This document shows, piece after piece, positions 23,913 through 25,332 of a DNA stretch of 25,332 nt. The notes under the pieces are model-generated. The model was not told where the DNA came from. It was given only the letters and a program-made list of their open reading frames with translations, and did not search any database. The position numbers were made by a program, and so were the translations under genes. The stretch's first letter is position 1; the number at the start of each line of letters is the position of its first letter. Origin of the DNA: a virus. The DNA is taken from the UHGV virus genome UHGV-0346448; one strand, 5' to 3'.

Positions 23913-25332
23913 CACCATTCCGTCGAATACGCTGGTTCCGCTGTTTTATGCGGAAATGGATAACCAGGCGGCGAATACTGCACAGGACAGCGGAGCATCG
24001 CTGCTGATTGGTCATGCCAATAACGGTGCAGAGATTGTTGCCAACAGTCTGGTGCTGATGCCGTCGGCAGACTATGCACGCCAGATTTGTGGTGCGGGAA
24101 GTCAGCTGGCGCGTATGGTCGAGGCTTATCGCCAGACTGACCCGTTTGGCGAGCTGTATGTGATTGCCGTTCCTGAATCCACAGGCGCGGCGGCAACGGT
24201 TACGCTGACGGTGACCGGGGAGGCAACCGAAACCGGCACGGTGAATGTTTATGTGGGACGTACCCGCGTGCAGGCACCGGTGACCAACGGCGATAACGTC
24301 GCGACGATTGCCAGCAGTATCAAAGATGCCATCAATGCCGTTCCGACCCTGCCGTTTACTGCCTCATCTTCGGCAGGCGTGGTCACACTGACCGCGCGTC
24401 ATAAGGGGCTTTGCGGGAATGAAATTCCTGTCAGCCTCAATTACTACGGCTTTGGTGGGGGCGAAGTGCTGCCAGCGGGCGTACAGATTGCCGTGGCGAC
24501 GGGGAACGCCGGAACGGGCGCTCCTGTTCTCACCGGCGCGGTGGCTGCAATGGCGGATGAGCCGTTTGATTATATCGGCCTGCCGTTCAACGACACGGCC
24601 TCCGTTAACACGCTGGTGACCGAGATGAACGATACCAGCGGTCGCTGGAGCTATGCGCGTCAGCTGTATGGTCATGTGTATACGGCAAAGATCGGCACGC
24701 TGTCAGAACTGGTGACCGCAGGTGACCAGTTTAACCAGCAGCACATTACCCTGGCGGGGTACGAAAAAGAGACCCAGACGCCTGCCGACGAGCTGGCGGC
24801 AAGCCGTACCGCCCGCGCAGCGGTGTTTATTCGCAACGATCCGGCACGTCCCACGCAGACCGGTGAGCTGGTGGATATGCTGCCTGCGCCGAAGGGGAAA
24901 CGGTTCACGATGACCGAACAACAGACCCTGCTGTCTCATGGCGTGGCAACGGCGTATGTCGAAAGCGGGGTACTGCGCATTCAGCGTGATGTCACCACGT
25001 ACAGGAAAAACGCTTACGGGGTTGCGGATAACAGTTACCTCGACAGTGAGACGCTGCATACCAGCGCGTATGTACTGCGCAAACTGAAATCCGTCATTAC
25101 CAGTAAGTACGGGCGTCACAAGCTTGCCAGTGACGGTACCCGCTTTGGTCCCGGTCAGGCGATTGTCACCCCGGCGGTGATCAAAGGGGAACTGCTGGCA
25201 ACCTACCGTCAGCTTGAGCGTGCGGGGATCGTGGAAAACTACGAACTGTTTAAGCAGTACCTGGTTGTGGAGCGTGATGCCAGCGATCCGAACCGCCTGA
25301 ACACGCTGTTCCCGCCTGACTATGTTAACCAG
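23896..25332 (+). CDS. Tail sheath protein (contractile tail), N-terminal 479 codons; continues past the window end
   Basis: AAGGTG RBS then ATG 23896; frame open to 25332 with no stop (absent from the ORF track for that reason); N-terminus MTISFNTIPSNTLVPLFYAEMDNQ typical of Mu-like sheath proteins as remembered; minus-strand ORFs across this region look like GC-rich antisense artefacts. Confidence 0.8.
   Translation, partial: MTISFNTIPSNTLVPLFYAEMDNQAANTAQDSGASLLIGHANNGAEIVANSLVLMPSADYARQICGAGSQLARMVEAYRQTDPFGELYVIAVPESTGAAATVTLTVTGEATETGTVNVYVGRTRVQAPVTNGDNVATIASSIKDAINAVPTLPFTASSSAGVVTLTARHKGLCGNEIPVSLNYYGFGGGEVLPAGVQIAVATGNAGTGAPVLTGAVAAMADEPFDYIGLPFNDTASVNTLVTEMNDTSGRWSYARQLYGHVYTAKIGTLSELVTAGDQFNQQHITLAGYEKETQTPADELAASRTARAAVFIRNDPARPTQTGELVDMLPAPKGKRFTMTEQQTLLSHGVATAYVESGVLRIQRDVTTYRKNAYGVADNSYLDSETLHTSAYVLRKLKSVITSKYGRHKLASDGTRFGPGQAIVTPAVIKGELLATYRQLERAGIVENYELFKQYLVVERDASDPNRLNTLFPPDYVNQ

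Noticed and set aside
23909-25119. Several minus-strand ORFs (95-138 aa) across 23909-25119
   Set aside because: All are antisense to a single uninterrupted plus-strand frame (23896 to the window end) encoding a sheath-like protein; the minus-strand frames are Arg/Pro/Gly-rich artefacts of high GC content.
1-25332. Search for CRISPR arrays, tRNA genes, integrase and attachment sites
   Set aside because: No regularly spaced direct repeats with unique spacers, no tRNA-like cloverleaf candidates, and no integrase-like ORF were seen by eye; the prophage ends appear to lie outside this window.

Overview
This window reads as a nearly complete lambdoid prophage segment from an Enterobacteriaceae (E. 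coli-like) genome. All calls are from reading the sequence, ORF geometry, RBS and hairpin inspection, and remembered protein families; no database search was run, so family names are recalled, not verified. Layout, left to right: (i) a leftward early operon on the minus strand, driven by a P_L-like promoter at about 5525-5565, running through yfdP/yfdQ/yfdR-like genes, a YfdS-like gene, a tandem family of small 'MTT(F/I)T' proteins and a Hok/Mok type I toxin locus; (ii) an immunity region with a CI-like repressor (minus) and Cro-like and CII/YdaT-like genes (plus), with shared operator half-sites at O_L and O_R; (iii) a replication module (O-like initiator with internal iterons), phage Dam methyltransferase, RusA, a KilA-N protein, a DUF968 protein and a Q-like antiterminator; (iv) the lysis cassette (holin, lambda R-type endolysin, Rz/Rz1); (v) an HNH endonuclease, P27-type small terminase, large terminase, portal, prohead protease, HK97-type major capsid, head-tail joining proteins and the start of a contractile-tail module (DUF2635-like protein and tail sheath, which runs off the window). 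Three AT-rich insertions sit at classic moron positions and are the best candidates for undescribed accessory or defence functions: a membrane protein flanked by three proline-rich micro-ORFs lying convergent to P_L (4658-5440); a 463-aa ORC/Cdc6-like P-loop ATPase between Q and the holin (12436-13827); and a 202-aa protein at the lambda bor position (15309-15917). No tRNA, integrase, attachment site or CRISPR array was seen.
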